A DNA stretch of 50,822 nucleotides, counting the filler, from Sphacelaria rigidula (taxonomy: Eukaryota), in assembly GCA_964200075.2 (NCBI GenBank). It is 2 parts of 2 records of this genome, joined end to end, with 100 filler letters (N's around TTAATTAATTAA, not from the genome) between each part and the next. Parts side by side here need not be neighbours in the genome. Positions count along the whole stretch, not along the records: positions 1 to 25,381 come from CAXNAA020000169.1; positions 25,482 to 50,822 come from CAXNAA020000170.1. One strand, 5' to 3'. The stretch's first letter is position 1, and the number at the start of each line of letters is the position of its first letter. The notes below the pieces were generated by a model. It was not told the origin of the DNA, did no database searches, and saw only the letters and a program-made list of their open reading frames with translations. Positions 22,701-35,100 of this stretch are shown here, piece after piece. The translations under genes and the position numbers were made by a program.

Positions 22701-24737
22701 CGAAATACCACACATACATGTCCTACGCCGGCGGTTCCGCCGTCGGCCTCCGTCCGATCTTCACCGCAAACACGATCACTATACTGAACACGAAGATACA
22801 ACAGCTACTCTTGACCATATATTTTTGACTTGCGTCACCCCCGGGAGGCCCGTACCAACCTCCCGAAGGGGAACCTTGTATAACATATATTCCTTTTTTG
22901 TTGAATCCTGCGTGTTTGTTCGTAAAGTATTTTTTTCCATGTGCTTTCAAGGGTGGATTCTTTTTTTTGTACATATCTTGTGTTCGTTCGTAATTTTTCT
23001 TGTATTTTTGCTCCTGCTTTCAGTACCCAGTATATTTGTGAGAGGCACAAGGGAGTATAACGACTCAAAAGATGGGCGCGTATGGGCGGTGAAAGATGCA
23101 AAGTGGGACTAACATTGAGGTGGATATTTTAGGCCTGTCACGGCTCGTTGTTTGATGAGGTCCCTGCCAAAACATCTTGCTGTACTACATGTTACCTTCG
23201 GTGATATTGCACCCTGAACAAGGCCGGTTTCTCATCACACTGAGTAACCGTAACTCCTCACTTCGCCGCGTCATGGCGTGTTCACGGTTGTATACAGGCT
23301 GGTTCAAGTTCATCACCCAAAATTGTGTCATCCGCAAATGCTTTTCGCAATACCTACCCAATAGTCGCATACATGGCATCATACTGACCGCCATGGACAG
23401 CTGAAGAGCGTGACATAGCCGGATTTGTGTGTAAGGCCATAGTGGTAGCGCTAAGGGCGAAAAGGTATATCGACCAGTCAGTGCCCGTCAAATTGTTCCG
23501 AGTTCGAAATTACGAATTCCAGCTCGTAGACTGTAGCCAACAGAAAAATGGGATTCCTGCAGGAGACGTGTGAAGGGTTTGAAGTGCAAAGCGTAACACA
23601 CATTTTATGGAACCTATTTTTCACAAGTTTTGTCTGTATTTGTATGTGTGTATGCTCGCTGCAGTTGCGTTTTTTTCTAGAAATCGCGATAGCTTCCGCC
23701 AACGCTGTCTTTCTTGTTTTGTCGTTTTTGTCTCCTGTTGGCAGGGGTTGGCCGATCTGTCTTCACCTCAGTCCATGCAGCCGATGGCTATGGTCGACGA
23801 CACGGCGGGTGAGACGCGCTCGTTAGATAGATATGTTGCAGAAACTCTAACAATCGCTGGTAGGAAAACGATCGAGTTATTTCGTCCCATTTGCATCGTT
23901 GTTCAGCTCGTGAGCCTTTTTGAAGCGTCGTCCTTAGCTGTCGATATTGTTGTTGGTGATTTTACAGGGTTGAGCTCGGCCGACGATACCGTAGGTTTGT
24001 CAGTTGTGCTAGGGATTCCACCGGAGAGGAGTACCTACGCCTATTTCTCGTCCAAAATACACGCACACCCAGCAAACGACGATCCAACTCCACCATGAAT
24101 ATCAAGCGGAGGCTTCTGAAAAATGCGCGATAATTGCCATCAATGCGCCATGATGGCCACCAGTGTGGGGATATAGGTCTGTCTGGTAAACAGTTGTACT
24201 GCGTGTATCCAAAGTAGGCCGTTCCAAGCGCTTTTCGAAAACCTTTCTCGCTCGATATTGCGATCCATGTAGCAACAAGGCATGGCGAAAGTTAACGGCG
24301 GGTATAAATCTAACAGTTGCAGTCACCGATGAAATAAAAAAAGTCATGTACATGTCTTGGCCAGATTTCTGTTCGTCGCAGACGTTCAAGCGGTTTCGTA
24401 GTACTTTCTGTATTCTTGGTTGTAAGAATGCTTGAACCTCGTACATCTCGCGACCGTCTCAGCACGAGGAGGCGCGTAGGAGCCGTGCAGATGAGCGGAA
24501 CACTCCGCGAAGCTACGACTCGAGAAAAAGCAGTTGATCCCCAGTTGTGTCGAACTATTATGGTAGATATTCCAGCATGCTGCTTCAACGGCCGAACTCC
24601 GCACCCGTCAAGTGTAAACGTTTGCAACATGAATCTACCCAGCCATCGAAATGGCCAAACCTCTTGGATTAAACTACTCGGTACAGGCATGTTGCATCAA
24701 ACGTTTCAGCAAGTTTTGCTGCCCCCCCCCCCTCCCG

Positions 24738-25330
24738 CCAGCCTGGTGCGACGGAAACCTGGCGTGCTCCGTCCCGGCTTTGTAGCGACGGACCTCCTAT
24801 GGAGTTGGCGTCGGTTGGCAATGACGATGTAAAACACGCCGCTCATTGCGTACGCTAGACTACCAGGTTACCAATTATCTTTTGCCCACTTGCGTTTTTT
24901 TTGCGGTTACCATGATGATGGTGGTGGGCGAACTAGATCCTATTTTTCAGGGTGGGAGAACCGCGATTCCGCGCAGAGGGGATGATCGTACTACGTAGTG
25001 TTGAATTGGTGAGACACCCATGAGGCAGTGTATAAGCCGCGGCTACCTCTGGAAGTGACGACACCAAAAAAGGAAGCATTTCATTGGAGGCGGTCATCCA
25101 AATGCAAGACAATAAGTACGCTTCGGATGGAACAATCTCAGCAGGATGCAGCTCACCCTTCATGCTATTCGCCGAACACATCACGGCGCTTTACGCTTGG
25201 TCATTGATACCGCATCTGGTCCGGCGAAAACCCGGTGTGGTCCGCCCCGGCTTTGTAAGGATGCGAGATCAATGGTCATATATATGACTACGGCATGTTA
25301 AATCATGAGTATTCCCCCCCCCCCCCCCCT
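24738..25330 (+). repeat. Composite repeat: family A fragment, 165-bp internal segment, full family A copy
   Basis: Family A at 24738-24790 and 25214-25330. Segment 25011-25177 is homologous to 30071-30236. Confidence 0.75.
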
Positions 25331-25381
25331 CCTCAACCAAAACTAAAACGATGAACTAATTCTTCCGTGTCAGTGAGTGGA

Positions 25382-25481
25382 NNNNNNNNNNNNNNNNNNN
25401 NNNNNNNNNNNNNNNNNNNNNNNNNTTAATTAATTAANNNNNNNNNNNNNNNNNNNNNNNNNNNNNNNNNNNNNNNNNNNN
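25382..25481. other. Assembly gap with artificial six-frame-stop linker
   Basis: 44 N + TTAATTAATTAA + 44 N, 100 bp in total. Confidence 0.97.
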
Positions 25482-26150
25482 GGTGGTGTGGTGCTGGGGC
25501 CTGTCAGGGCGGGGGGGGTGGGGGGGCGGGCGGGGGGGGGGGGGGGGGGGGGGGGGCGGAAGGCACAGCAGGGGGGCGGATCACAGTGAGAACATCCTCA
25601 TCAATTACTGAAACCTGGGTAATGAGTTCAAGTGCTTGCGAGGGCGGCAAATTGATGGGAGGCGATCCCAGTGTTACAGGAGTAGCATGCCAGAACGTCA
25701 AGGGTAATGCCTTCCTCCAGTGTCTCATGAGGCGAAACAGCAAATGCACGAGTTATGACACTTAGTTAGTTCTGACTGTTCGTAAATGACAAAAATGAGG
25801 GGGAAAACACGAGCTCGGTGGGTGAAAACCAATTGTGGTTCCGATATAACAGTAGGTTATCGATGCAGAATCTAGCCCTCCGCAACGATGCATGTCCTTG
25901 ACATTCCGCTAGACTCGGCCCGTCAGCTATGGAAGTATCACGCATTGTCTTGACCAAAGTGTAATAGGAATACCCGGAATACGAATACCGCAAACTAATC
26001 ATTGTCAAAGCTAGGAATGAATCAACCGGGACGTGCTGGCTGTCTTGAAATGCCTCTGCGTGTACTTCAATTTTTCAGTGTTTGTAAGATGTTGACCGAA
26101 TGATACTCGCACCACCTGGTGTACTGTAGCGTGTCGTGGATTACTCTTAC

Positions 26151-29100
26151 CCGACTATTGTGAAGAACACCATGTACAGCATCCAGTCAAATTCGAAGTT
26201 GTTGACGAGGTCCATCCATGAGAGCGCCTTGTACTGCACCTCCAATGTGTATCCATAGTCTTTCAGGTCACCGTTTATGTCCACCTCGCAAGGCTCTATA
26301 CCCTGCGGAGTAGAGTATAACATATATTGAAGATGAGGATATATTGTACGATATATGTCGGGACCGAAACGACGGTCCACGCTGAAATTAACACCAGTTG
26401 AGTATTAAACAACACACCCAATCGAATTTTGCGCTGGTGATACACTCGTACGTCGAGTTAGGAGTTACGTGTGTATCATTTTAGCATACTCCAGTACGCG
26501 TCGGGGGCGCGCGGGGGTACGAGACTCAATTGTTGTCGAACACCAATACTTATTCTCAAGCGTAGTTGGAATTTGTTGCAGACGCTCTATCGAGTGTGCA
26601 TGATTGAGAGGAAGTTCTGTGTGAACGCAAACCCGTCGATAACGTTTCAGTTTTAGCAACAACGGAAAAACGTTCAGGCTGTGGGTCGACGTCTGCGAGT
26701 ACGACGCTGCAAAACGTGTGATGCCTGTCAGTAGCAGTATCTCCACCACTTTAGCGGCATAGAGTTACTGGGTTTGAGGCTGGCGATATCTGACATTGAC
26801 ACCAAAGCCGTTGGCGATAGAGCTTGGTTGTTCCTGTGCGGGACTTTGATCTGATCCGGTGATTTTTCACGTACGCGTTATCCAGTACAACGGTTCGATG
26901 CCATCTGGATCGAAAAACAAAAGCGTAATTGACATTCAGTGGTTGGGGGGCCTTTGCGAGCATGATTCAATAGGTAGGATTATCACATTGATATGTACAT
27001 GCACACGCGAGCTTTCGTTGGTGCATGACCCGACGGTGATTGCAGGTAGCAAGCCACTCACTCGGGGATGAGGAACGTGAGAAATTGTACCCGGGATTCA
27101 GCTCAACGAATCTATAATGGAATATGTTATCTCTAAAACATACTCTCCTAGGACGTCCGGTCAAAATCTATTTTAAGGCGGTTGCAGTAGCGATATTTCA
27201 TGGGCTATAGCCCTTGCCGCGTTCCCCGTACCTGGAGGCATCTTTTCTGCAATTTTTCGTGTGTGGTGATCCCATTGGTTCCTCTAAAGTAGGCGCACAA
27301 AGGTGCTCAACTTCACGGATACGGTGAGCGAGGGCGAACGCTTTCTCTTTGTTCATGAGATGGGGAAAAGCACCAATTCCTGCCCTACCACTGCTGCGAA
27401 GTCGTCCAGAAGAACCTCGCTTCCGCCGTACTCGACCGGAGGGATGGTCGTGCACAGGTCGTCAAATTCGAATGACATGTCCACCATGCGTTTTGTCCCT
27501 CGCTCCCTCTGGTAGTAGTTGATGGTTAGCTGATTTTCCAAGACCGAACACACGCCACGGCCAGTGCGACGGGTGTCCGTCAACGCCGAAACGAATGGAG
27601 AGGTCTTAGTGTTTTCGTCAGTATCGATTGTGTTATAAACCTGTTGTCTCACAAAGGTTGATCGGCTACGAGTATAGTGACGGTTCCACGACAAGCGCAC
27701 CCAAGGTGAATAGACGGACATACTTCGGAATAAAATGGAGTACAACGCATGCTGCCAAGCGACCACGGTCAACTTGCGACGCCATGCAAGTAAGCGTGTT
27801 GGAGTGAATTCAGTCGTGACAAAGCTAAGCGTCCTCGACATAGGCAGAACTCACGCCAAAGCAACAGGCTCGTTCGGCGTTCTCAGTACTCGGCAACGTG
27901 GGCAATGTAGGCAACGCGGAACCGAGTGAAAAGGCAGCTGGAAGCCGATATTTGTCACCCGCGTCATCGAGCCAACACCGGCTCACACGACCGAGGTCCA
28001 ATCATAGGTTCCGGAACAAAACATGGATGAACTTGACTTCATTTCGTTTATACACTGAATATTCACCAACCAACTGCATTTCTGCGTACACTGAAAAACC
28101 TTCATGTACTACGTTCATATTTTACTGGCTGTTACACTAAAGGCCGCGGAGATACAGAGCTTCTGCTGCTGCTGCTACTGCTCTTCCCCATACTGCTTGT
28201 GCAGCAAAAGGTTGGTACCTACTATATAATGGCAGTAGCGTTGAATTGTGAGGTGGGGTGATAGTGGCAACGATCAGCTGCGTCCATCAGTCGTTGAGTG
28301 CACGCAACATTCCGGAGAGACCGTTCGTTTGGATGCGGGCTCCTTCTCCCGGCAAATGGCTGTCATTCTTGTATCGCGGATCAGGTCGCCACTTTCACAC
28401 GGCCTCGACATTTGTTAACCTTCCTTTGCTTTTCACGTCACTCACGCTCTCAACGACGAGAAAATAAGATACTCCTCAGAAGATCCCGTACCTTCCGGGA
28501 TTCGAACTCAACCCCCCGCCCTAACCGATTTGGAGACGTGCCATTCAGACCACCGGGGCGCGGCGGTACCACATAACTTGGGTACAATGAACGGGAGTCG
28601 ATGCCAATGTTTCGCGTTCGCATCAGGTGGTACGTTTTCCCACCCGTAGTCCTCAACGGTGGTTCATATGATATGGCCTCGTTTATTCCAACGGACACCT
28701 TTAACAGCATTGCTGACGATTCGTGGACTGTGATTCCGAAGTGGTCGCAACACTCACCTTGACGTTCTGGGGCTTGGTGAACTCTTCACCGGGTTTCTCT
28801 TCGGATACCTCGACAGGAACAAATAGGAAGGTTCCCAGTAAACTCTGGATGTTGCACGAACATGAGAACATCGATGTGTAGTGCAGGAAAAAGCGAAAGG
28901 TCACAGTCTATTTCTTCGTAATCTCGCACCACAGAACGCGGATACGCTGACGTATTCATTTTATGACGTCGTTTCACTTGTATGCTGCAGTGAAAGGCAA
29001 GCACTGGGTCGTTTCTTATATAGGACTTGGTACGTAGTGGTCACGGAGAGATTGGTGGCCACAATAAGAGTGGTGGCCACAATGAGAGTGGTGGCCACAA

Positions 29101-32100
29101 TGAAAGTGGCGGTCACAAGAGTCCTGGTTCCTGACTAGTTCCATGTTACACCAAGTAGCTCGTCGGGGCGATGCAAACTCAAGGTAAAGCCATCCCGTCA
29201 GCTGGGAATGAAGCGAGGCTTGAAATATGATTACCAAGCGGGGAGGCGTACTCCACCTCGACTAGCAGTGCACACGTCGACCCACTACGTAGAGTCTGAG
29301 ACACAATGCTGGGACGACGACGTATCGCTGACCTCTATTTCCGCGCTCCGGCCCCAGCGAGTGAGGATGTTCCCCGCGTCGTCGACAGCTTCTTCGAACT
29401 CGGACGGCTCGAGCGGATCCTTGGTTACATGAAACAACGTCGTGCCTCCTGGGGCCTGGAACCACCTGCGCACGCGAAGCACCACACAAAGGTACATCGA
29501 TCGCATGACATTTCGGGTGATAGATCACTCTCCGTTACCACCCGTGTGATGATGAGTCAACATCAACATTTTGAGGCAAGAACCAATGAAGTTGCACCAT
29601 ACACACTGTCGCGTAAAACATGAAGCGCCAAAAAGCCCCGACACTTGTATCTCTTACTAACGTTTTACACGGCATGGAAGTAGGCTTTTGACCCTATACT
29701 GTTGGACGGGAAGGGTGTTCGATTCGTTCATGTCGCCTGGGTAACCCCCTGAAAGCTCGTTAAGCCAAGGTCCTGTGTTGATAAATGTCGTGTCACGCAT
29801 GGAGACAAGTGCAGATCCATTCTCTATGAACACGGAGCATGCGGCTGATAATTGTGCAACCGCGAATACTGAGCATCTCCTATTATGCGTTTACTATAGG
29901 TACCCGTGTTTGTCTTCACACCCTCGCGTCGGGACGAGTCTACAAGGTCGAACGACGAACGAATCTCTCCCCCGAGCCTGGTCCGGCGAAAACCCGGCGT
30001 CCTCCTTCCCGGCTTTGAAGGAATGCGAAGTCAATGGTCTATGATCATGGCATGCAAGAATATGACGGTTAGACACCCATGAGGCAGTGTAAAAGCGGTG
30101 ACTGTCTCTGGAATCGGCGATACCACAGGATAAAGCAGCTCATTGTTGGCTGTCATCCAAATGCAAGACAATCAGAAGGCTTCGGGCCGAACAATCTTAG
30201 CAGGAGGCAGCTCACCCTTCATGCGACTCGCCGAACNNNNNNNNNCGTGCAAGCCTGGTCCGGCGAAAACCCGGCGTGCTCCGTCCCGGCATTGTAGGGA
30301 TGCGAGGTCAATAGTCTTATGACTAAAGCATGCATGATCATGAGTACACCCTTCACCCCCCAAAGAAAAGCTCCGTCTCGAAAGGGATGCGTGGTCAATG
30401 GTCCAACGACTAAGGCAAGCAACAAATGAGTACGCCCCCCCAAAGAAAAGCCTGGTCATGTGACGACGAGTATTAGATCACCACTGGCATTGAGCATCGA
30501 TTTCTGTCCAACATTTGTTTCGTGACTCACGCCCGTACACGTTTGACAACGATCGCCTGGCTCTGAATAGCAAGAGCCTATCTGCTGGTATTTCAGGCCA
30601 GGGCATTTTGACCACCTGATGAAAAATACTGACGGGCAACCATATTTCCCACCTGGTTTGGGCGGAGGCTGTTGTAATGTCTTCTTCGTAGGTGCAGTCG
30701 AGGTAGACGCCTCTGGTTTCTTCATCTACCACTAACTCGCCACTGTCGTCGTAGCGTTCCTCGGTGGTAAGATAGACCAAGCACTCGTCCGAGAAAGGAG
30801 ATTTTCCGACGTTCCGCCACTGGTTGATCGCCTGTGTTTGCTCGTAGGGTATCTGTTCAAACAACACAGAAAAGCATGGCCACGATGCAACTTGCAGCTC
30901 AATCGTGTGCAACTAACTGCAGAGGAGCTGGGGACACTTGCGGCGGGAGTATTCGAACATGGCAAAGCACGTGACCTTGAAATAATAAACTACAGACTGC
31001 ATATTCAAAACATATTTGCACGCTGAAGGTCTGCACTACACAATGCAATGGAGCAGGGAAAGTGGAACCACAAGAGCGTCGCATTCATTCAGGAGGATAG
31101 CGCACTAAAGTTCCAAGAATGGCGTAAGGAAGGCACGCTTGTGGGGCTACTGGACAGCTTGATCGCCCCTTGCACATTTGAATTCGGACCACAAAACACT
31201 CACGATTGTGCAGGCTGGATGTGACTCCACCAGTTTCGCGAAGCTCATATGATTCCCGTAGCCAGCGCAGGAGCTCAAAAAGGGAAAGTACGGTGTTGTA
31301 AGGAACGTGTTGGCCCCGGAATCGTCCCCGGAAGCCCACCAATTAGAATCCTCGTAGCCAGCGGTGTACGATGTACGCACGACCTCTCTCTCCGGAAGAG
31401 ACTCATAGTCTGTGATGCTGATATTCTCTCCGTTGTAGAATGCCTTGAAATCCGTGGATAAGAACGGCCATAATATAGCGCAGCGAATGTGGATCAAGAC
31501 ATCGCGCAAGCGTGGCACCCTCCGAGCGTATTGCTGGTTCTTTACACGAGTAGAATCTTCGATTGGGGACGCCAAATACATGTGATCGGAGGTGCATGGC
31601 CTGAGTTAGAGACATTCTCTACGCCGTGAAGCGCGCGCTGGATGTAAAGAGAACGCAGAGGAATGAAGAACAAAATGAGTAGGAATTTCTACACTCCTCA
31701 CCATGATCTACATACGGGTATTACATCAGAGTATCCTCTTCCGGAGTCACCGCATCAACTTGTTGATCGAATGCACCATCTCTGGGATATACCGCAGGAC
31801 ACTCCGGACCCCCTGGGCCCCTATTCAGCATCTATCCCACCCGATGGAGTCATATTAGGTGGTTGATCTCTACTTTGCAACCGGTCGCACCGAATGTATA
31901 TCGTTACCGGCATCTACTGCAGAACCGACCCCATATGGCAGAGATACTTCATGTTTTTTGTCTGTTGTACCATCCAGCTGGTCTGCTTCGCACGCGGAAA
32001 GTGTTGTCATACTCTCTGAGATTGTCAGATGATACCACAGTGTGACCAATCCAGCAAATCGTAAGCTCCGACTTGACATAGGAGAAAAATTACTTGACAA

Positions 32101-35100
32101 TACGCTTCCAGGAGTCAAGTCGTGCGTGCACATTTTCGTAGTAGACGAATAGCGTTTCATGGGCGACATTCGAGTCTTTTCCGGGAACAAACGGTGTTTT
32201 GGCGCTTGAAACAAGTCATCTTTTGAATGAAGCAACCAAGAACGTACGTTGACGCCAACCAAAGGCCCACATCAGCGTGCGACAGTATACATAACATGTT
32301 ACCCCCGCTGGATGTTGACTCTCACCTCCTGAGCGATGTATCTGCCGTACTTAGTATAATATGAAGGATCGGAAACATCGATGTCGTACATTCGATCGAT
32401 CAGTACCTGCGAGAGGGTGAGTATCAAGAACAATGCACAACGGCAGAAGAGACAAAATTGAGCTTTGAAGGACAAGCACGCCTACTGATACTAGATGTAC
32501 CATGCTCCATGTATATTTCCGGAGAGGTACAACCATCCACGGTAACTAGGAATCCTTTTTCTGTCTGACGTTTGCGTGAAAGGTGGGTGCTGTCATGCAA
32601 TTTCCTTCCATCGTGTTCCTCCCCGTGCCCGCTGAAGAGCACATTTTATGTGAGGCGGAGCCTTCGTTGCGTCAGGCGATAACTGTCTCAAGGAACGTCG
32701 AACCGGGTGGAGAACTTTGTTGGCACGAACGAGCGTCCGGTATGTTTGCTGCGCTGTTGACACGCGATTGAGCATCCGTGACACGATAAAATGATCCAAC
32801 ATGGGCGTAAACAATGTGCGTGAGGCTACCTGTAAAACTAAATGGTATCAAAAGCGTCTCCATTACATTTTCTCGACGACTACTGCGCTATCTACGATGC
32901 AGTGTGCATCGGCCAACAAATGTTCGCGATCCGCGGCGATGATCTGTCGTTCACGGTCGGCCGTACCGTAGGTATTAGGTCGCGCCGGAAACGTGTCCAC
33001 AACGGGGGTGTTCACAGAGGGTGTTTTAGATGCTCTAGGATCCCACCAGCAGTACCCACCTTGTTCTCGAATACTTCCTCTGTGCTCGCTGGAAGCTCTC
33101 CAGGAACTCGAACGCTGTCCTCAGGTAAATTATACGGGAGCTGGACAAATCAAGTCGTACGCGAGGGGCGGAGAATGTCGTGGGTCAAAGTCCACCCTCC
33201 AGGATTTCTCCTGTCCCAGGTCTCCGCAAAGTTCTACGGAGGTCAGACCATGCGATATCCCAGCGGGAACTTAGTTATCATGTTCTCTATTTGGTTCTAG
33301 ATATGTGCGTGAACCGGGCACAGTGGCCCCCTGGCACGCGTTTTGGGCCAGAAACGTTTTGACATACCACATAGCACACACGTATCACCCAGTCGGTTCT
33401 CCTGCGATAACACTTGATTCTCGTCTTGTGACTAGCAATCTCGCACCCTTAGCCTCGGTTTCGTGAGCGCATGCAAGAGATTGGAGGAGAATTGCTGACC
33501 GAAGAGCACACATCAGGTTCAACTCTGTAATGCCCAAATCAAGTACAGGGTTACCATGCTTTGTGGTCCTGCAATCGTGAAAAACACGTCTAAAAATGGA
33601 CAAACATACACAACACCGTACTGCCCATCATCTGACTCGTTCGGCATCGAATGCATGCTTTACAGTATCGTTACGACCGGTCAGAAAATATATTATTATA
33701 GAGAGGAACCGCCGCGAAATTGGTACAACTGACACCATGAGGTCGGGAAAAATGCGGACTCGATCACCGTCAGGGGCGTCTAGTTTAACATTGTTTTCTG
33801 AGAGTATCTGATTTTCAGTCGTCGACAGTAGCGCGAAGGGTTTGTTTGACGGTGTCAATTTGATGACGATCAACGCGGTGCAGGAGTGCGCATCCAATCC
33901 GCGATATCAAATATAACACGTGCACCGGGGGAGGAACAGGCTGATCTATTCGGGCACGATCTCGTCCAAAGGAAAGGCATAGGTTAAAAATGAGACGAGG
34001 ATAAGAGAACGTATGCATGAGCAACACACAAAATAAATGGCATAGGTCAAGCCAATACCTGAAGATCGTCGAAGTCGGCTTCATCCAGGAGGAAAACGAA
34101 TGATTCCCGTGAAGGTTCAAGGGGCTTGTAGTTGGATCTCCCAGGAGTAAAGATGAACAGTTCTCCCACATTCTGTAGCATGCTATCGAAGTCAGAGTAG
34201 TACATGCCGTGCAGCAGCTCGAGGGTCGCGGTTACCTCGATTTCTTTCAGTGCCGTAATCGAAAAGCTGATCAGGTTATGCTTCGTATCCGGGTACCTAC
34301 CGGTACCGAGTCGGGGGTTGAGGGCAAAGGGAGAGAAAGGGAGGGCGGCGCCGGATGGAAGTATAGTAGGAGCTTGAACACGATATATGTTTCCCCGACA
34401 GTGAGAGGATTGCCAAGTCGGGTTGTACAATGATACTGACGTGTCGCACCGAAAAAGGGGAAGAGAGTTTTTTTTGTAAGCGTAAATCGTCGCCCCGGCG
34501 GCCCAGTTGGTAACCTCGAAACCTTCTGATGGTTGGGTCGTTGTTTCGAATCTCGGAACGATCTGGGAATTTTCTCATACAAGTCCCAACAGTGGAGAGC
34601 GACTATGTCGTGCGTACACAAAAATCGACTCAATGGTCAACGAGGGAAAGGGAATGCTGAATTCCTCTCGCGAAAAAAACATAAAAGGCAAGCAGCGCAG
34701 AAGGAAGGTGGAGAACGAGAAACAAACAAAAAAAGCAAAAACTTCTGTGTTGCCCTTCCTCCTGTGTGGCCCCGGCTGGTGCGCCCACATATACCGCGAA
34801 GGTGTACACCGGCGTCCAGAATAGATGAGACAACAACACACACAAAGCCACTTGTAATGCTGCATGGACGCAATACTCAAACGTCCGGATTATGTTTCAG
34901 AGTCAGAATATCCTACATGTCTCGGAGTACAATCTATCGAGGCCAGATATGCGTGACCGTAATTCTGAGAAATACAAATCAACGTTTTTCGGGGACATTT
35001 GTCGGAATACAGGAGCACTAGCTGACTTGCTAGTATTGCGGGAAATACAAGCAAAGACATCAGACCTTGTCAGCGCGGCTCACGAACCATATTTTCCTTG

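Noticed and set aside
24386-24604. Helitron Rep-like motif (SAVEAACWNIY)
   Set aside because: A single weak resemblance without other HUH or PIF1 motifs.
25504-25749. Proline-rich ORF, or next exon of the large gene
   Set aside because: The poly-Pro comes from a G homopolymer at a contig end, and no convincing phase-2 acceptor was found.
31870-33897. Extra exons of the large gene at about 31890-32015 and 33737-33808
   Set aside because: The neighbouring exons already join in phase and the peptides are uninformative. Possible but unsupported.
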